From assembly GCA_030704615.1 (NCBI GenBank), contig CM060733.1, positions 11,966,001 to 12,030,000 on the forward strand: DNA of 64,000 nucleotides, in the 5' to 3' direction. The position numbers were made by a program, and so were the translations under genes. Shown piece after piece: positions 1 through 13,166 of this stretch (its first letter is position 1; the number at the start of each line of letters is the position of its first letter). Under the pieces are notes generated by a model. The model was not told where the DNA came from and made no database searches. It saw only the letters and a program-made list of their open reading frames with translations. The stretch is from Takakia lepidozioides (Eukaryota > Plantae > Bryophyta).

Positions 1-849
1 GCTGCTTGGGGTGAGTTTGGCATTCCGTCCTTAAGCTCCCGACGAGATGAATTCAAGGTCAGATGGTGGGGTCAGCTGCAACATATGTCCAACACCAGAT
101 ATCCTAAGTTAATCGACTCTATATATTGGAAACAGGACCGCCCTGTCAAACAGGCTAAGTCCTGGCAGAAGAGAGTAGAAGAGATTCTCAAGGACCTGGA
201 CCTGGAACCGCAAGTCTTGACCCTGCTGGATAAATCTGACTTAGAGGCTGTAGTGTCCAAAGCCATGTCTGTTGCCATGAGATTGTCTGATGAAATTGAA
301 GTTAGGCAGAAAACTTCCCTGAACTTGTTTCCAGTCTGTGACATGGGGGAGGACATCTTGGATGACCTCAAGGGTCTACCCACTCTAGGCACTAGACTGA
401 AATTTAAACTCAGGGCAGGAAGCTTACCTTTGAACAGCAAACAGAAGCAGAGAGGAAAGGGAGACTGCGATTGTCCGTTGTGTGGGCAACCTGAAGACAG
501 TATTCATTTTCTGATACACTGTCCAGGGTTCTCTCACCAAAGAGACGCTCTCTTCAAATCTATCAAGGGAATTGTGCCTGTACCCCTGTTTACTAACTTT
601 GAAAGTGTCGAGGCTGAGCCAAAAGCCCAGGCCCTTCTGAGTTTTTGGGCAAATGACACACATCAGATTGATGCTTGTGTGAAGGGATTTCTAGAGGATA
701 TCTGGAAAACCCGGATTAATTCCATATATGAAGGTAAGTCTTACTACCAACGTCGGCCCCTGACCGAGGTAGGTTCTGTCCCTTTTGTTTCCGCTCAAAC
801 TGGGCGCGGGGTCAATGGCCACAAGGCTACGGCAAACAACATCTTATGA
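1..849 (+). mobile_element. 3' end of a non-LTR retrotransposon (LINE) ORF2 with C-terminal CCHC zinc finger (zf-RVT-like)
   Basis: ORF 85-849 has KLRAGSLPL...CPLCGQPEDSIHFLIHC, typical of the LINE RT C-terminal zinc finger; followed by a TAAAGTAC(CATTT)n tail at ~878-907. Confidence 0.75.
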
Positions 850-2543
850 GTACATTTTTATCTTTCCACGGACGTTATAAAGTACCATTTCATTTCATTT
901 CATTTCTCTTTGACATGGCCGTCAGACCATTCTCCACACTTGTCCCTTAAACTATGTCATGCTCCTTAAGCTCTTTGAGCTTTCTGCAGACACTATAAAG
1001 TACCATTTCATTCGATTTCTCTCGCCCCTCTCTCTTTTCATCCACATCTTGGGACACCACAGTAGCTGTGCCAGAATCAACGTCATACCGTTTACACGAT
1101 TTTCTCTCGAGTCATCTTAAGCAGATATAGCCCAGTATCAACATGCATTCATCACCTAAGTTCAAGGTTGCGGCCAGGGCAGTACTACCTGGAGGCTTCC
1201 TAGAATTCAGAGAAACACCATTACAAAGAGGGGAGAGGGGCTAGGGGACAGGATTAGGGCTGAATCACCACTGCGCTGGCTCCATGAGTAAGATTCACCT
1301 ATGCAAGTAGTGCAGGCCTTGTAAAGAAGGCAGTAGCCTGATAATATGACCTCTTGCCAGTGAAAGTTTTGTGTTGGCTCTCTGTCGCCCACTCATTTAT
1401 TGTGACCTGTTGACTCTTGTGTGTCTTGCTTGTTGTGCACCTTTCCTTTAGTTCAGTGGCAAATGCTGCAAGCTAAGACTCAAACTGTATGGATATCTTA
1501 GAAACGTTGAGGATTTCCTTAAGCGCTTGTTTTGTAACAATTCAAAATTGTTGTGTTAGGCGGCTCAAGAGACTTTAGAAGCTCTGGCGAAAGGCAACAA
1601 GAAGGCAAAGGCTCTAATTTTGAAGGGGGAGAACTACCCATGGGCACAGTGATGTCAGGCAATTTCTGATTCACATTGGCAACTCCGTTCTCATTTCTTC
1701 ATCTCAATTTTCACACATCAGGAATTGTCAGCATCAGCATGAAGTTCCAATGTAATGTAGAAGTAGATGTACATTACACTGTTTATAACCATTGTGATCT
1801 TTCACACTACCCAACCCAACATACAGGTATAATAGGATTCACAGCCCCTTGTTTGCAACTGAATTAGAGATCCATCAGGGGCCTTCACCTCAATATGCAC
1901 ATAGAAAGTATATAGAACCCTCACCGCTTCACTCTACGAGAAAAAACAAGTTCAATCTGAGTCCTTAGCTTTCTTCTTTCAGCCGAGCATGAATCTGCAT
2001 CCCAATGCTCTCTTTTTCTGGAATCTCCTTCCCCACCCCTTCCGAGACGCAATCCTTATCATTTTGGTTTTTGCTGGAGCCCTCAATTCAAATTGTTAAC
2101 ATTCCAGAGTTATTCAAGATTTGTTGGCTTTGCCTTCCTAAGGCAGGACTACGCAATGGGTTTCAGCTGCTTTAGCACCGATACTTTCGATTAGACTTCC
2201 AATTCGATCGAGACAGTTGTCAAGAGAATATTCTGTCTTTTAATGAATGACATCCGTTCAACTTCTTGTGCATGCCATAAATGAAAGTCCATTGGATATT
2301 AAGGTGCGTGCCACCTGGGTGATTCAGGGCTCAAATCTTGTTACCTTGATATTTAGACTAATTATGCTAGATTTTTACTACCTATTCATAATTACTATAC
2401 GACAGGGCTTGCATGAATTCCATGCGTTTGTTTTTAAAGTTCAGAGGCATTTTTCCCATGGGTCAGGGACTGTACATTCTTAGATTTAGGCCCCCGTAGA
2501 AGCATGATCCTAGGATCACAGAGCCATTTCAGCAGTGCTTTAT

Positions 2544-3515
2544 GTGTAGGGTAAGCAACCCACGCGAGGTGCTCAACAGGTGTGAGCCTCTTGCCACGAG
2601 GGCGGAGCCCGAGGGCGAGCACCAGTGAAACGAGCGAGGGTTGCTTAAAGAATTGAAAAAAAAAAATGCCTTGCCAGGCTGGCGAGTAGCGTTACGGAGT
2701 GTAAGCCACTGGCACGAGTGGCTTACACTCCGTAACGCTACTCGCCAGCTTGGCACTTTATTCCACGAAATAAGCCCACTCCAAATACGAAGGATTTTTT
2801 TTGGAAATTCTTTACATACTCTGGAATGATCCCTGTAGGGATCATTCGCCTTTGAAGCAGGGGCAAGGCCCGGAGGCCGAGACACTGCTGACTAGGCGGA
2901 ATGATTCCTACAAGGATCAATCCAAAATAGGTACTTCTCATTTGTCCTTGGTCTAGTGACTGGTTGGAGGCAATTGCCCACCTTTGAGTCATGTACGGTA
3001 TATGACATTTTGAAACAAAGTGTAACTATGTTAACTATATGGCTTGTTTATCCTATTGGTGGTTCTGTGTCTAGATACACCAGAGTTAGCTGAGACTGAC
3101 AATGTGCAACTTAGTGCATTCTGGGAGGAGGGAGCTTCGGAATCCCCTGATAGCAACTGTCCTGGAAGGTGTACAATAGGTTATGCGTAAAGCACTGCCA
3201 AAAAAATTTGTTTGTATTTATCATGCCGCATCGGGGTGGAATGCACCCCATCAGCTCCCTCAAGTGCATTCCGTATAGGGTAAAAGCAACCCAGGCGGCC
3301 TCGTGGCAAGGGGGTCACACCTGTGAAGCACCTCGCCTGGGTTGCTTACCCTACGTAAAAAATTGGAAAAAAAAAGGTGCCTTGCCGAGCTGGCGAGTAG
3401 CATTACGAAGTGTAAGCCACTCGCGCAAATACAAAGGAGTTTTTTTGGAAACTCCGCCCTCGTGGCAAGGGGCTCACACCTGTGAAGCACCTCGCGTGGG
3501 TTGCTTACCCTACAC
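2544..3515. mobile_element. Foldback/MITE-like element with ~65-bp terminal inverted repeats
   Basis: GTGTAGGGTAAGCAACCCACGCGAGGTGCT... at 2544 is inverted at 3452-3515; long internal hairpin at ~2677-2750; no clean TSD. Confidence 0.6.
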
Positions 3516-3936
3516 TTAGCTTACGACTTCAACCATTGTTGATGATCCTTGAGGTTAGCGATGGAGGTAATCTCAGTAAGAGTTTAAATTAATTAAGAAA
3601 TTTGTGCATAGGCTTTTGTTCTGCTTTAGTGCATGTGTGTAGTAGTAGTAGTTGTGGTTCTATATGTGGCAAGGTCCTTGGCTAGCCGGCTTGTCGAGAA
3701 GTAGGGTCAGACTAGGGTCATGCTTTTACACGGAGCCACTAGCCCCCATTTCTGCACAATGGCGCCACCGGCACAACGCCAAGGATGCAGTTCAATTTGC
3801 AGGGGATGGAGAACAAACCGATCCAATGCATGAATGGACAAGTTTTCCAATAGCTACCAGAGCTGAAATCTGATGGTGGGGGTGATGCCATGGATTCTCC
3901 TAAGCTGCAGGCGGAGAGGGTGACTAGTAGCCATGG

Positions 3937-4930
3937 ATGATCACCAAGTGTTCAACACAAAATGCCTCAAGGATCTTTGATCATGTGGAATATAATGTTG
4001 GTAGGATTACCAAGCATAGGTGTGGTACGAATGCTTTGGAGACCTGTGAGCAAATGATGCGCAAAGGGGTGAAGCCCAACCACATCACATTTGTTTGTGT
4101 TTGCAATGCGTGTGCAAGCCTGGAAAAGGGGCAAGAGGTCCATGGTGATATCGGTCAAAGCTGGAATTGCACCAGATGTCATTCTGAACATTGCCCTGAC
4201 CTGGACATGTATGCCAAATGTGGATGCATCGAGGATGCAAAGGGAGTTTTCGACACTATGGCTGAACGAGATGTGGTGTTGTGGAGTGCGATGCTTGCAG
4301 GGTATGCACAACAGGGACGTGGCATGGAAGAGGTGCATGGGGATATCATCAAAACTGGAATTGTACCAAATGTCATTCTGAACACTGCCCTGGCAGCTCT
4401 GGAAAAGGGGAAAGTCGTCCATGGCGACATCTTCAGAGCTGGAATTGTACCAAATGTCATTCTGAACCATACCCCGGTGGACATCAGACCCAAATTGTGG
4501 GTGCATGACAAGGGCAAAGAGGTGCATGGGGTATCATCAAAGCTGGAATTGTACCAAAGGTCATTATGAACACTGCCCTGGCAGCTCTGGAAAAGGGGAA
4601 AGAGGTCCATGGCAACATCTTCAGAGCTGGAATTGTACCAAATGTCATTCTGAACAATACGTTGGTGGACATGTATGCAAAATGTGGGTGCATCGGGGAT
4701 GCGAAGGGAGTTTTCAACCCTATGGCTGAACAAGATGTGGTGTCGTGGAACGCGATGCTTGCAGGGTATGCACAGCAAGGACGTGGGATGAAGGCTTCTC
4801 TTGGTGTTCTATGATCAAATGATGGGGGAAAGGGTGAAGCCTGACCACATAACGTTTGTGGCATTTGCAATGCATGTGCAAGCCTGGCAGCTCTGGAAAA
4901 GGGCAAAGAGGTCCATGGTGACATTGTCAT
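3937..4930 (+). pseudogene. PLS-class PPR fragments, internally duplicated and frameshifted
   Basis: DVVSWNAMLAGYAQQG, GVKPNHITFVCVCNACASL, LVDMYAKCGCIEDAKGVF motifs; repeated EVHGDI..GIVPNVILN segments, stops and frameshifts. Confidence 0.85.
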
Positions 4931-5140
4931 TTGCAATCCCCCTTTCCTCTGTGCATCTGTTTGTTGTTCAAAGGTAGGCTTCCTGACCTAAGTTTGAATT
5001 TCAGTGTAGTGCCGAGAGTGGGTAGACCCTTGAGGTCATCCATGATGTCTTCCCCCATGTCACAGACTGGAAAGAAGTTCGGGGAAGTAATCTGCCATCT
5101 TCATCAAAAAATTTCCTGGCAACAGACATGGCTTTGGACA
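4931..5140 (-). mobile_element. Inverted fragment of the same LINE
   Basis: Reverse complement matches ~255-465 (TTCCAGTCTGTGACATGGGGGA...CTCAAGGGTCTACCCACTCT). Confidence 0.7.
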
Positions 5141-5146
5141 ATGTAA

Positions 5147-6055
5147 CAGACATTCACCTTTTTGCCTTGGTTGTTCCATCCTTGACTGGGGTCAGAAAAG
5201 TATTCATTCCACAGCTCCTCCTCATCTCTGTAACTTGTTTTTTGATACTTTCTTGTTGTCACATTGGCAGTATCATGTCAAAGTCACTCCAAACTAGATT
5301 CACTCAACCAGCTAACTTGCAAAATCAACATGGAAATTTAGGGCCGATTCTGATAAGAGGGAAAAACAGGGTGAAATGTGCTGGAGAAGATGTCTTCATT
5401 AGCAGTGTCTGATTTTTATCAATTGTGCCGCTGCTACCAGTTGACCATCTATCCATGCAGGTTTCTTGTAGCTATTGATCCACATGGAATCATAGTTAAC
5501 CTGGAGCTTGAAGTCCAGCCCTCTTGGGTGAATCTGCACCCACACTCTATCCCTGCTCCTTCAGCTATCCATGCCTCTGCACAAATCATGCATACATCTT
5601 TGTCTTGCTGCTAGCAGCTGACAATGACAGCCTAGATTTGTTCTAGGAAACACCCAACTCAACTTATCACACTAGTTCCTATGCTCAATTGCATCTGCTA
5701 CTCTCTATATCCACAGGCATTCACCTTCTTGCCTCGATTGTCCCACCATTGACTGGGGTCAGAAAAGTATTCATTCCACAGCTTCTCCTCGTCTCTATTA
5801 CCTATTTCTGGATATTTTCCTGTTGTCACATTGGCAGTGTCATGTCAGTCACTCCAAACTATCAAAGGTTCACTCAACTAGCTAACTTGTAGAATTCAAC
5901 ATGAAAATTTAGGGCCGATTCTGATAAGAGGGAAAAACAGGGTGAAATGTGTTGAAGAAGGTGCAATTGTGCCGCTGCCCCTTCAGCTTCCAGTTGACCA
6001 TCTGTTTCTTGTACCTGTCCTTCCACCGGGAATCATAGGTAATCTGGATCAATTC
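5147..6055 (-). pseudogene. Captured OSB-like (PDF motif) exon-intron-exon repeat units
   Basis: Minus strand reads EKLWNEYFSDPSQWWDNRGKK / intron / IHPRGLDFKLQVNYDSMWINSYKKPAW; same unit as 46600-48470. Confidence 0.7.
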
Positions 6056-6059
6056 TAAA

Positions 6060-6407
6060 GTAAAAAAAACCATGCTCTGCCGCGTTATTAGGCCTGCCTT
6101 GGAGTACACTTCTGCAGTGTAGGTTGATAACTCCAACCAAATTAAGTCTTGGGTGTGGTCAGGAGTGCATGTCAGTATGCTCCAAAACGGCTAATGTGGC
6201 TGTTTGGGGTGAGTTTAGCATCCCTCCCTTAAGCTCCCAATGAAATTAAGTCAAGGTCAGATGGTGGGGTCAGCTCCAACGTATGAGTAATATCAGATAC
6301 CCTAAGTTAATCGACTCTATATCTCACCCTGTCAAACAGGCTAAGTCCTGGCGGAAGAGGGTAGAAGAGATTTTCAAGGATCTGAATCTAAGTCCGCAAG
6401 TCTTGAC
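6060..6407 (+). mobile_element. Fragment of the same LINE
   Basis: 6200-6407 matches 1-220 (MSNIRYPKLIDSI...KQAKSWRKRVEEI). Confidence 0.7.
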
Positions 6408-6974
6408 CGGATCGACTGGAAGTTACAAACGACTAGTTACTATAGACGTGGAAGTTGGGTCGGACATCCAATGATTGGAGTGGTAAAGGATGCAGACGCG
6501 TGAACAACTGCTCAGCGATTATTGCGATTAATGCTGAAGAACCACGTGGCGTAACCAGGCCGGCCGCCCGTGTGTCTGACCATTTGGGCTGACTTTGACT
6601 TTTCCCTCCGCATGAGTGGAATGACTCATCGGACCGCAGTGACACATGGACGTGGACGACGACGTGGAAGCGGACGTGGCGGCGCCGCGACGAGCAGCAC
6701 TGCTGCCACATGGCCACGGGCCCGGGGCACCACGTGGTAGTCGACCACATAACTTGCAGTGCTACATGCCGAGTGGCAACTGCGACTGTGAAAGTCGGCA
6801 CAACCACTGCTTTACTACTTTAAATGAAGTGCTTGAAATTACTTGCACAATCATTCATAGTGGTTCATGCTTTGAAGTTTTGGTGTTTGTAGTGAGCCGA
6901 CTAGTACATACGCATGTAATGCCATACAATAGAACTAATCATGTCATTAGAAATGCGAAAACGATGAAAGACAT

Positions 6975-7050
6975 GCCATGAAACAAAATGAAAAGAAATG
7001 AAGCAAAGTGAAATGAAAATGAAATGAAATGAAACAAAATGGTACTTTAT
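6975..7050 (-). repeat. LINE 3' tail, (CATTT)n
   Basis: AAATGAAATG...AAAATGGTACTTTAT is the reverse complement of the tail at 878-907. Confidence 0.6.
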
Positions 7051-7254
7051 TACGTCGGCAGAAAGCTCAAAGAGCTTATGGGACAAAATGGAAAAAAACA
7101 AGAGAGATGAGCCAAGACCAAAGTACAAAAGTAGCCCAAAACCTTCCCCTTACCCTGGGGATTGCCTAAGGGTCAAGGCCTCGTGTAGATAAGCTGCCAA
7201 GCATTACTGATCCTCATAATGCAAGACTTCAGTGACAGATTGAGCCCCACGGAA

Positions 7255-7524
7255 TAGACCATCTACCCATGCAGGTTTCTTGTAGCTATTGATCCACAGG
7301 GAATCATAGGTAATCTTGTGCTTGAAATCTGGCCCTCTTGGATGAATCTGGAGTACCCACACTCTATCTCTGCTCATTCAGCTATCCATGCCTCTACACA
7401 AATCATGCATTCATCCTTGCCTTGCTGCTAATAGTTGACAATGACAGCGTACATTTGTTCTAGGAAACCCCCAACTCAGTTTATTACCCTAGTTCCTATG
7501 CTAAATTGTGTTTGCTACTCTCTG
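7255..7524 (-). pseudogene. OSB-like PDF-motif exon with part of the intron
   Basis: Minus strand reads IHPRGPDFKHKITYDSLWINSYKKPAWVDG, the least decayed PDFKHK copy. Confidence 0.75.
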
Positions 7525-7594
7525 AATTTTTTTGACTTTTACGACTAAAAATGAGTCGTTACCCCAGTGGTAAATGACACGAATGCTTCTAGTG
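7525..7594. mobile_element. Probable CACTA terminus
   Basis: Ends ...CTTCTAGTG (CACTAG on the minus strand) after ACGACT/AGTCGT subterminal motifs; partner end not identified. Confidence 0.5.
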
Positions 7595-7690
7595 GCCTTT
7601 TCCAATTGCACATAGTATCCGATCCAAACAGAAACTGCACACAAAACATATGCAGCCAAATATTATATTCATAACGGGACCAAATGTACT

Positions 7691-8145
7691 GTCCCTTATC
7701 AACCGTTTAGGCATTTTTGCGCCTAATAATTATTAAAAACCAAACAGACTGCTTAGGCATGTTTCTCAAACCATTTCTCACATTAGGCATCTTCATGCAA
7801 TATTTTTTAGAGTTAGGCACATGAGAAGAGAAAACATTTATTTTCTTAAGAATAAAAATACAAAATAGAAACCCAATGCCTCATGAGTCCATACTCCATT
7901 AGGTTTTCTTAGGATTTGTAGGAAGTTATTTTCGCACGCATATATTTGTATTGATTTTTGTTCAATGAAATTTTCATCTTATTACAAACAAGATGAGAAG
8001 AGGCTTGAAAGTTTTTTGTTGCAATTTTCAGGCCTTAGGCACTTTGGTCCCATAGTTTCCGAACAATTATGCCAAAATCTGAAAAATTCCCAAAACGCGT
8101 ACTTTCATTTTGAATTAATTATCGCCTAAACGGTTGATAAGGGAC
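7691..8145. mobile_element. AT-rich MITE-like element
   Basis: Perfect 22-bp inverted repeat GTCCCTTATCAACCGTTTAGGC (7691-7712) / GCCTAAACGGTTGATAAGGGAC (8124-8145). Confidence 0.6.
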
Positions 8146-9381
8146 CTAATACAGACTATTCCTAGATCAATTTGATAAATCAAAGAAATTACAATGCTTT
8201 ATCCATCACTCAAAATGGAAAATTCAAGGCACTGAAAACTTGGCTACGGTGAATTCTTGCCCGAGTTCACCCAGCGGATGAGTCCGCAGATTTCATCCGC
8301 CCATGTGCGTGGTCACGGTGGATATCCGCCCCCACATCCGTTGGGTCCCACAGGGCTGATCCGCTGGCTGATCAGCCCTACCCGCCCCCTCATGTGCGTA
8401 GTACTTTTGCCTATGAATGTTGTGTACTGAGTACTGAATGTAGTGCATAGGTGAAAACTTCACGCGTGGACGGACTGGCTCGGAAAGTGGGGACATTCTC
8501 TTCAGTTATGAGGATGAGGAGGAGGGGAACACAGGGCCCACTGTGAAAATGTCCTTCTACAAAGGGGGCACTATCGATAAACACGACATCCTCGTTAGTT
8601 TCAACCGGGCGACAGAAACCGCTGACATTTTGTTCAAATATCGGCACCCGGTCACTCAGGAGGTCCTTGAGAGGCTAGTTCGAGTTCCTTCTTCTTGGGC
8701 GAGGGGACCATAGGTGTTTCAACTCGCCGACACTCATGGCACATACATTTTGCTTCAGAAATCAAGTAGCTTCCCTGTGCCATATGGGGAATATACATGC
8801 TTGGATAATCTTTTGTTAAGGTTTTTTGCAATTCACTGCCAGTATGCTGGGACGTGTCCTTTGTCGTATGGATTGCTGTGTGCACAAGGTGCAGTATGCA
8901 AATGCTGGAATGTGCAGTAGGACCCTTCCCACTGGGACACAGAACTTGCAATCTTGTAAAAGCATCACATTTGCAAAACACTAACAATATATTGGTAGCA
9001 AATCGGAGTCTTCTCATAAATGTGGACGAAAACGCCAGGATGGGCTGCGAAATCACCACAAATTGAATGAAGAGCAGTAACAAGGAAGCACTATGCAGTA
9101 TACAGACCAATAACGGCGCTGAAATAGGCCACAATGCCCGTGTATCTCCACACAATGTATGCTTTCATCGGATCCATTAATAGACATAACCAAAATTTTA
9201 AAAAAAACATGCATATGCCATTCACGGCCAAAAACCACATTCTCATGTATTGCGGCACCGAAATGCACCTGGAGCCATGGCGGTGCGGCACCACCAAGTG
9301 TATAATTCATCACAAAAAAAATAGGGTGCAAGAAGATGAATGTAATATAATTACCACTTTCTCCTTCCCAAATGTGGAATG

Positions 9382-12300
9382 TCAAACAGTCCGACATGTA
9401 TCCTGCCGTAGGGCCTTGTGCAGCTCGTTGAAACTCAGTGTTGGAGCATGGATGAAGACATCCACTGCAGATATGCAACTCAAGCACTTCAGAAAAATGT
9501 AATAAAGGTGTTTGCAGGGGACGTATGCTGCATTCTTCGATTCCATAACAAGGAAGTCCTCACAGTTGCAAGCTGGGTACTGAGAAACCGTGATTGCATA
9601 CACGACACTGCGCGTAGCAGACCCGGCTGTTGACAACCGAAATATGTGCCCCATCCCGGGGTGAGGAACATCCCTGCAACCTTGCACTATGCAGGGCATT
9701 GCAAGAGCGTTGGCCATCCTGATGTCGTTCGCCTTTGTTGGCGGCCGCCGTCTTTTCAGTTTCCCCCACCAATGGGTGGGCCAAGCTGCGGGGTCACCCA
9801 CCGATATACGGGGTGAAGAGCTTCTCGTGGGAGGAGGATGACGACTGGGAATTGGATTTCGTGGAACGTCTGTCCTCTCCACTAGTCAAAACCCTGCACT
9901 TCCTAGAGCGTCTGCCTCCTCCAGGGTAAGATCTGTACCAGTTGCCACGGGCTAGACTGCTGGTGGTTCAGGCATGCCTTGTACACCATACTTGGGCTTG
10001 CCGAACACACACGACATGATGTCGTGCCTGCAGAACCAAAACTCCTTCAGTGTGGCCTCCACAATCTTTGCGCACACAAATCTCCCTGTGAAGCAAGGGG
10101 CAGGCACACCTCCTCCGAATCATCTCATTGCATCTCTGGTTGGTGTCGACACGAACAACACAATATTTGCCACAAAATGACGGACGGGTCCGTGCAATTC
10201 TCCACTGCAAGGCCGACACATCTCGCTCCACGATTGGAATGTTGTATTGGGTAACGATAATAGGAGCAGCATGCTCATCCTCGGCATGTTGTCCCGAGTC
10301 TGGCAGCGATTCCATGGATGCTGCAGGAGAGGGGGTACGAGCCCTGATGGGAGGAGGCGTGGGACGCAACATCGTTGCGCCCCGAGGTTGAGTGCGGATG
10401 TTCATATCTGATCTCCATGAATCGTCGTTGCCTCCGGGCATGTCCTCAATTCTTCTCTTCACCGACCGGTTGCGGACATCGCCCTCCAAGCAGTTCCCCC
10501 GACTGTGTAACGGCGTTGACCTTATTGTTTCCCGCAATGCAGCAGTCCATTTTTTGGGATCTGTAGAACGATGTGCCGCCCTCATCAGCATCTCCTGCCT
10601 GTCTGGTCCGATACCCCATTGCTTTCCTCCCAGAAACTGGTAGTAACGAGATTGTTGCATGATGGCCCTCACAATATCTTCTGTTGTTGATGTCAACATG
10701 TCAACGAGATGTGCCGCAGAGGAAGCACGCTAGGAAGAGTGCACCGATTCGGCCATATTCGTCGTCGGCAGATCCGTGTCATCCTCCAAGCTCATGTCCT
10801 GTTGAAGGAAATTAGAAATGTCACTCATTGTGGAGAATGTCTAAGCACAAAACAGAACAATTGTCAAGTACAGAAATGTGCTACTTGTCTCATGTAGTCT
10901 CCAAACTGCCGGAATCTATAGTGCCACCACGCAAGCCATGTTTGCAGCCGATGGAATTCGCATTTTTCCACGCAAGGCACATACTGAAATGATCATGTCG
11001 GTGGCGTGATGCCACGAACCTTTTCGTGTTTTGCGTCAAACTTTGCATGAAGTGAAACCCGCAAGATCTCTCCTTACCTTCCATTGGAGTCTTTGGGTCG
11101 TCCCCATATACCCTTCTCACTGCAGCCCAGTTCGCCTGGGCATTGTCAGCCATGAAGCCCCTAAAATCAGGAGGGGACAACTTCGCTTTCGCCATTTGCT
11201 CATTAATTCCACGCCACATATACAACTCCAAATCTGTGTCTTCTCCTTTCATTTCGCAGATAGCAATGGTCATCAACTTTCTGCAATGTGGGTTGTATAT
11301 ATGTGCCCCCATTGTCACCCAATCGTGGTTGGTAATTCGTCTGATGTGGTCGAACATGACCCAACAATTTGAGAGGTCTCTACTGGTCATCCGCTTCACC
11401 AAATCGACACCGCTCCCCGGTCCGCACGTTGACATCTTAAATATGAAGCATCTGTCCGTCTTTGAGCCTTGACCAGGAAAGAAGCTGTCCTGGATGAAGT
11501 CGTAGCCGCATGTGCGCTTCACTTCCAAGATGGAGTGCATGTTTGATCCTCTTCCGATTCGTTTCTTGCAGCTGACAATGTGGTTCCTGACATTGGGGCT
11601 GCACACATGGGAGACAGCTTCCAGCAGCTCCTTCATGTCCCCCTCGCCCAGCTTCTCTCTTATGCTTCCGTCCTCCGACATTATTCTGCCTATTGCAATT
11701 CTATGTGCGGATGCGAGTTGTATCTGTTTTGGTTTTGCTCCCGACCTCAACCTCACGTCCTCCTTGATAATATCGTGGGCTTGTTGAAAAGCGACTTTGC
11801 AATTGCCTCTGGCGACGGGGTGGTCATGCTTTCCGATGTGAATGCATGCTCTGGTGCACGCTGGGCCGACGGTCTTGACGTAGTACTGCTTGGCGTTGCA
11901 CACTGCCATGCACATAGGGGCGGCGTTGCAATGGGCACACTTGAACGTCCCTGCAGAAACTCTACCTTGAGGCCAAAATAGGGTCGACGAATTGCCAATC
12001 CAGTCTGTCTCATTCCGGGTGGTTTTGCTCGTGTAGTGGTAACATGTGCTCGAGAAACATTTAAGATGCCCAACACACAATACATATCTCACTCGAACTC
12101 CATCACCCAGGTTGGACGATGAAGTTTTGGTGACACACCAAGGGTGGCCGTCATGTTTCCTGTTCATTCCTGCCAGCATGTTGTCTGGGCCTGCGCCTGC
12201 CGGTACTGGAGGGAACTCGTAGATAGCATTCACATCCACAACTTCAGGCAAAGTTTCCACAAATGGATTGGAGTTTTGTCATAATCAAGCCTAATAAGGT

Positions 12301-12919
12301 CACTGGAGCGGGAACCCGCTGTCTTCATCCTCCGCAATATGTCGATTACTGAGCGGACGGAAGTTGAGTCCGAGGGTGTGTGCTCATTGTCTGCCGACAT
12401 CTGAACACTCCTAGTGACGGACGACTTTGAAACATACGATGGAAAGACCATACAGTCTTCATCGTCACTGGATAAGTCGTGGACGACTGTTTCCCTATTT
12501 TCCTCGATTTCCCTTTTCACATGTTTGGGCTTCTCTGCTTGTGAAGAGGTGTCCACATCCCTCATGGCAGACTTCACATCTTGCACGCCAGACCCTCTTG
12601 TGGAAGGAGGATCAACCCAGTTCCAGCGTGGGAACTCTTTACGCACGATTTCATCAATTGCACTGTACCGGATGGATTCAAAAGCTGGGAGCCGCCACTC
12701 TTTGCCTTTTCCGAAATCTGCATGCAGAATGACGGCACTTTCCAGAAAATTTCCATAAGCATCCTTTGTCTCCTCTTCCAAAAACACCGTTCCAGGGCGG
12801 AGCCCGAACTTCACACACAAGTACTGCTCAGTGACAATCGCAAATCCTTGGTCGTAGGGTATTTTAGCTTTCAGAGAATCAGGATGGAAGTACACGTTTA
12901 CCCAAACACGGGAGTCCAT
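9382..12919 (-). pseudogene. Mutator-like (MULE) DDE transposase with N-terminal GCM/WRKY-like Zn domain and C-terminal SWIM finger; disrupted
   Basis: DGHPW..CVGHLKC...CAHC...HIGKHDHP; VMFDH (D1), FMADN (D2), CGFH (CxxH), TTNMAESVHS (E, after an intron at ~10800-10884); CNCEDF...PCKHLYY (SWIM); frameshifts near 12250 and 10940, in-frame stop ~10730. Confidence 0.85.
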
Positions 12920-13166
12920 GTTGAAGACTGTAACTCTCGGTAGGCTCCGCAGCGAAGTCCTGCAATGAGAAGAGTGTGTCCTACATAATACCACAATAAT
13001 TTTCTGGAGGATTTTGTATCCAACATGATGGATGATCAGTGCACGTATGGATGAAGGTGTGTAACGTACGTTACAAACACGGAAGACCACAGCAAATTCA
13101 CATTGGAAATTGGGTGCCTGAATTGTGATGTACCACCAGTTGGGCAACAATAAATCAGGCTTTCTC

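Noticed and set aside
3937-4930. Functional PPR editing-factor gene
   Set aside because: Stops, frameshifts and scrambled motif order; no E/DYW domain or targeting peptide; multi-copy TE cargo
8290-9150. Additional MULE cargo gene downstream of the transposase
   Set aside because: Short overlapping ORFs with multiple stops and no recognisable motif
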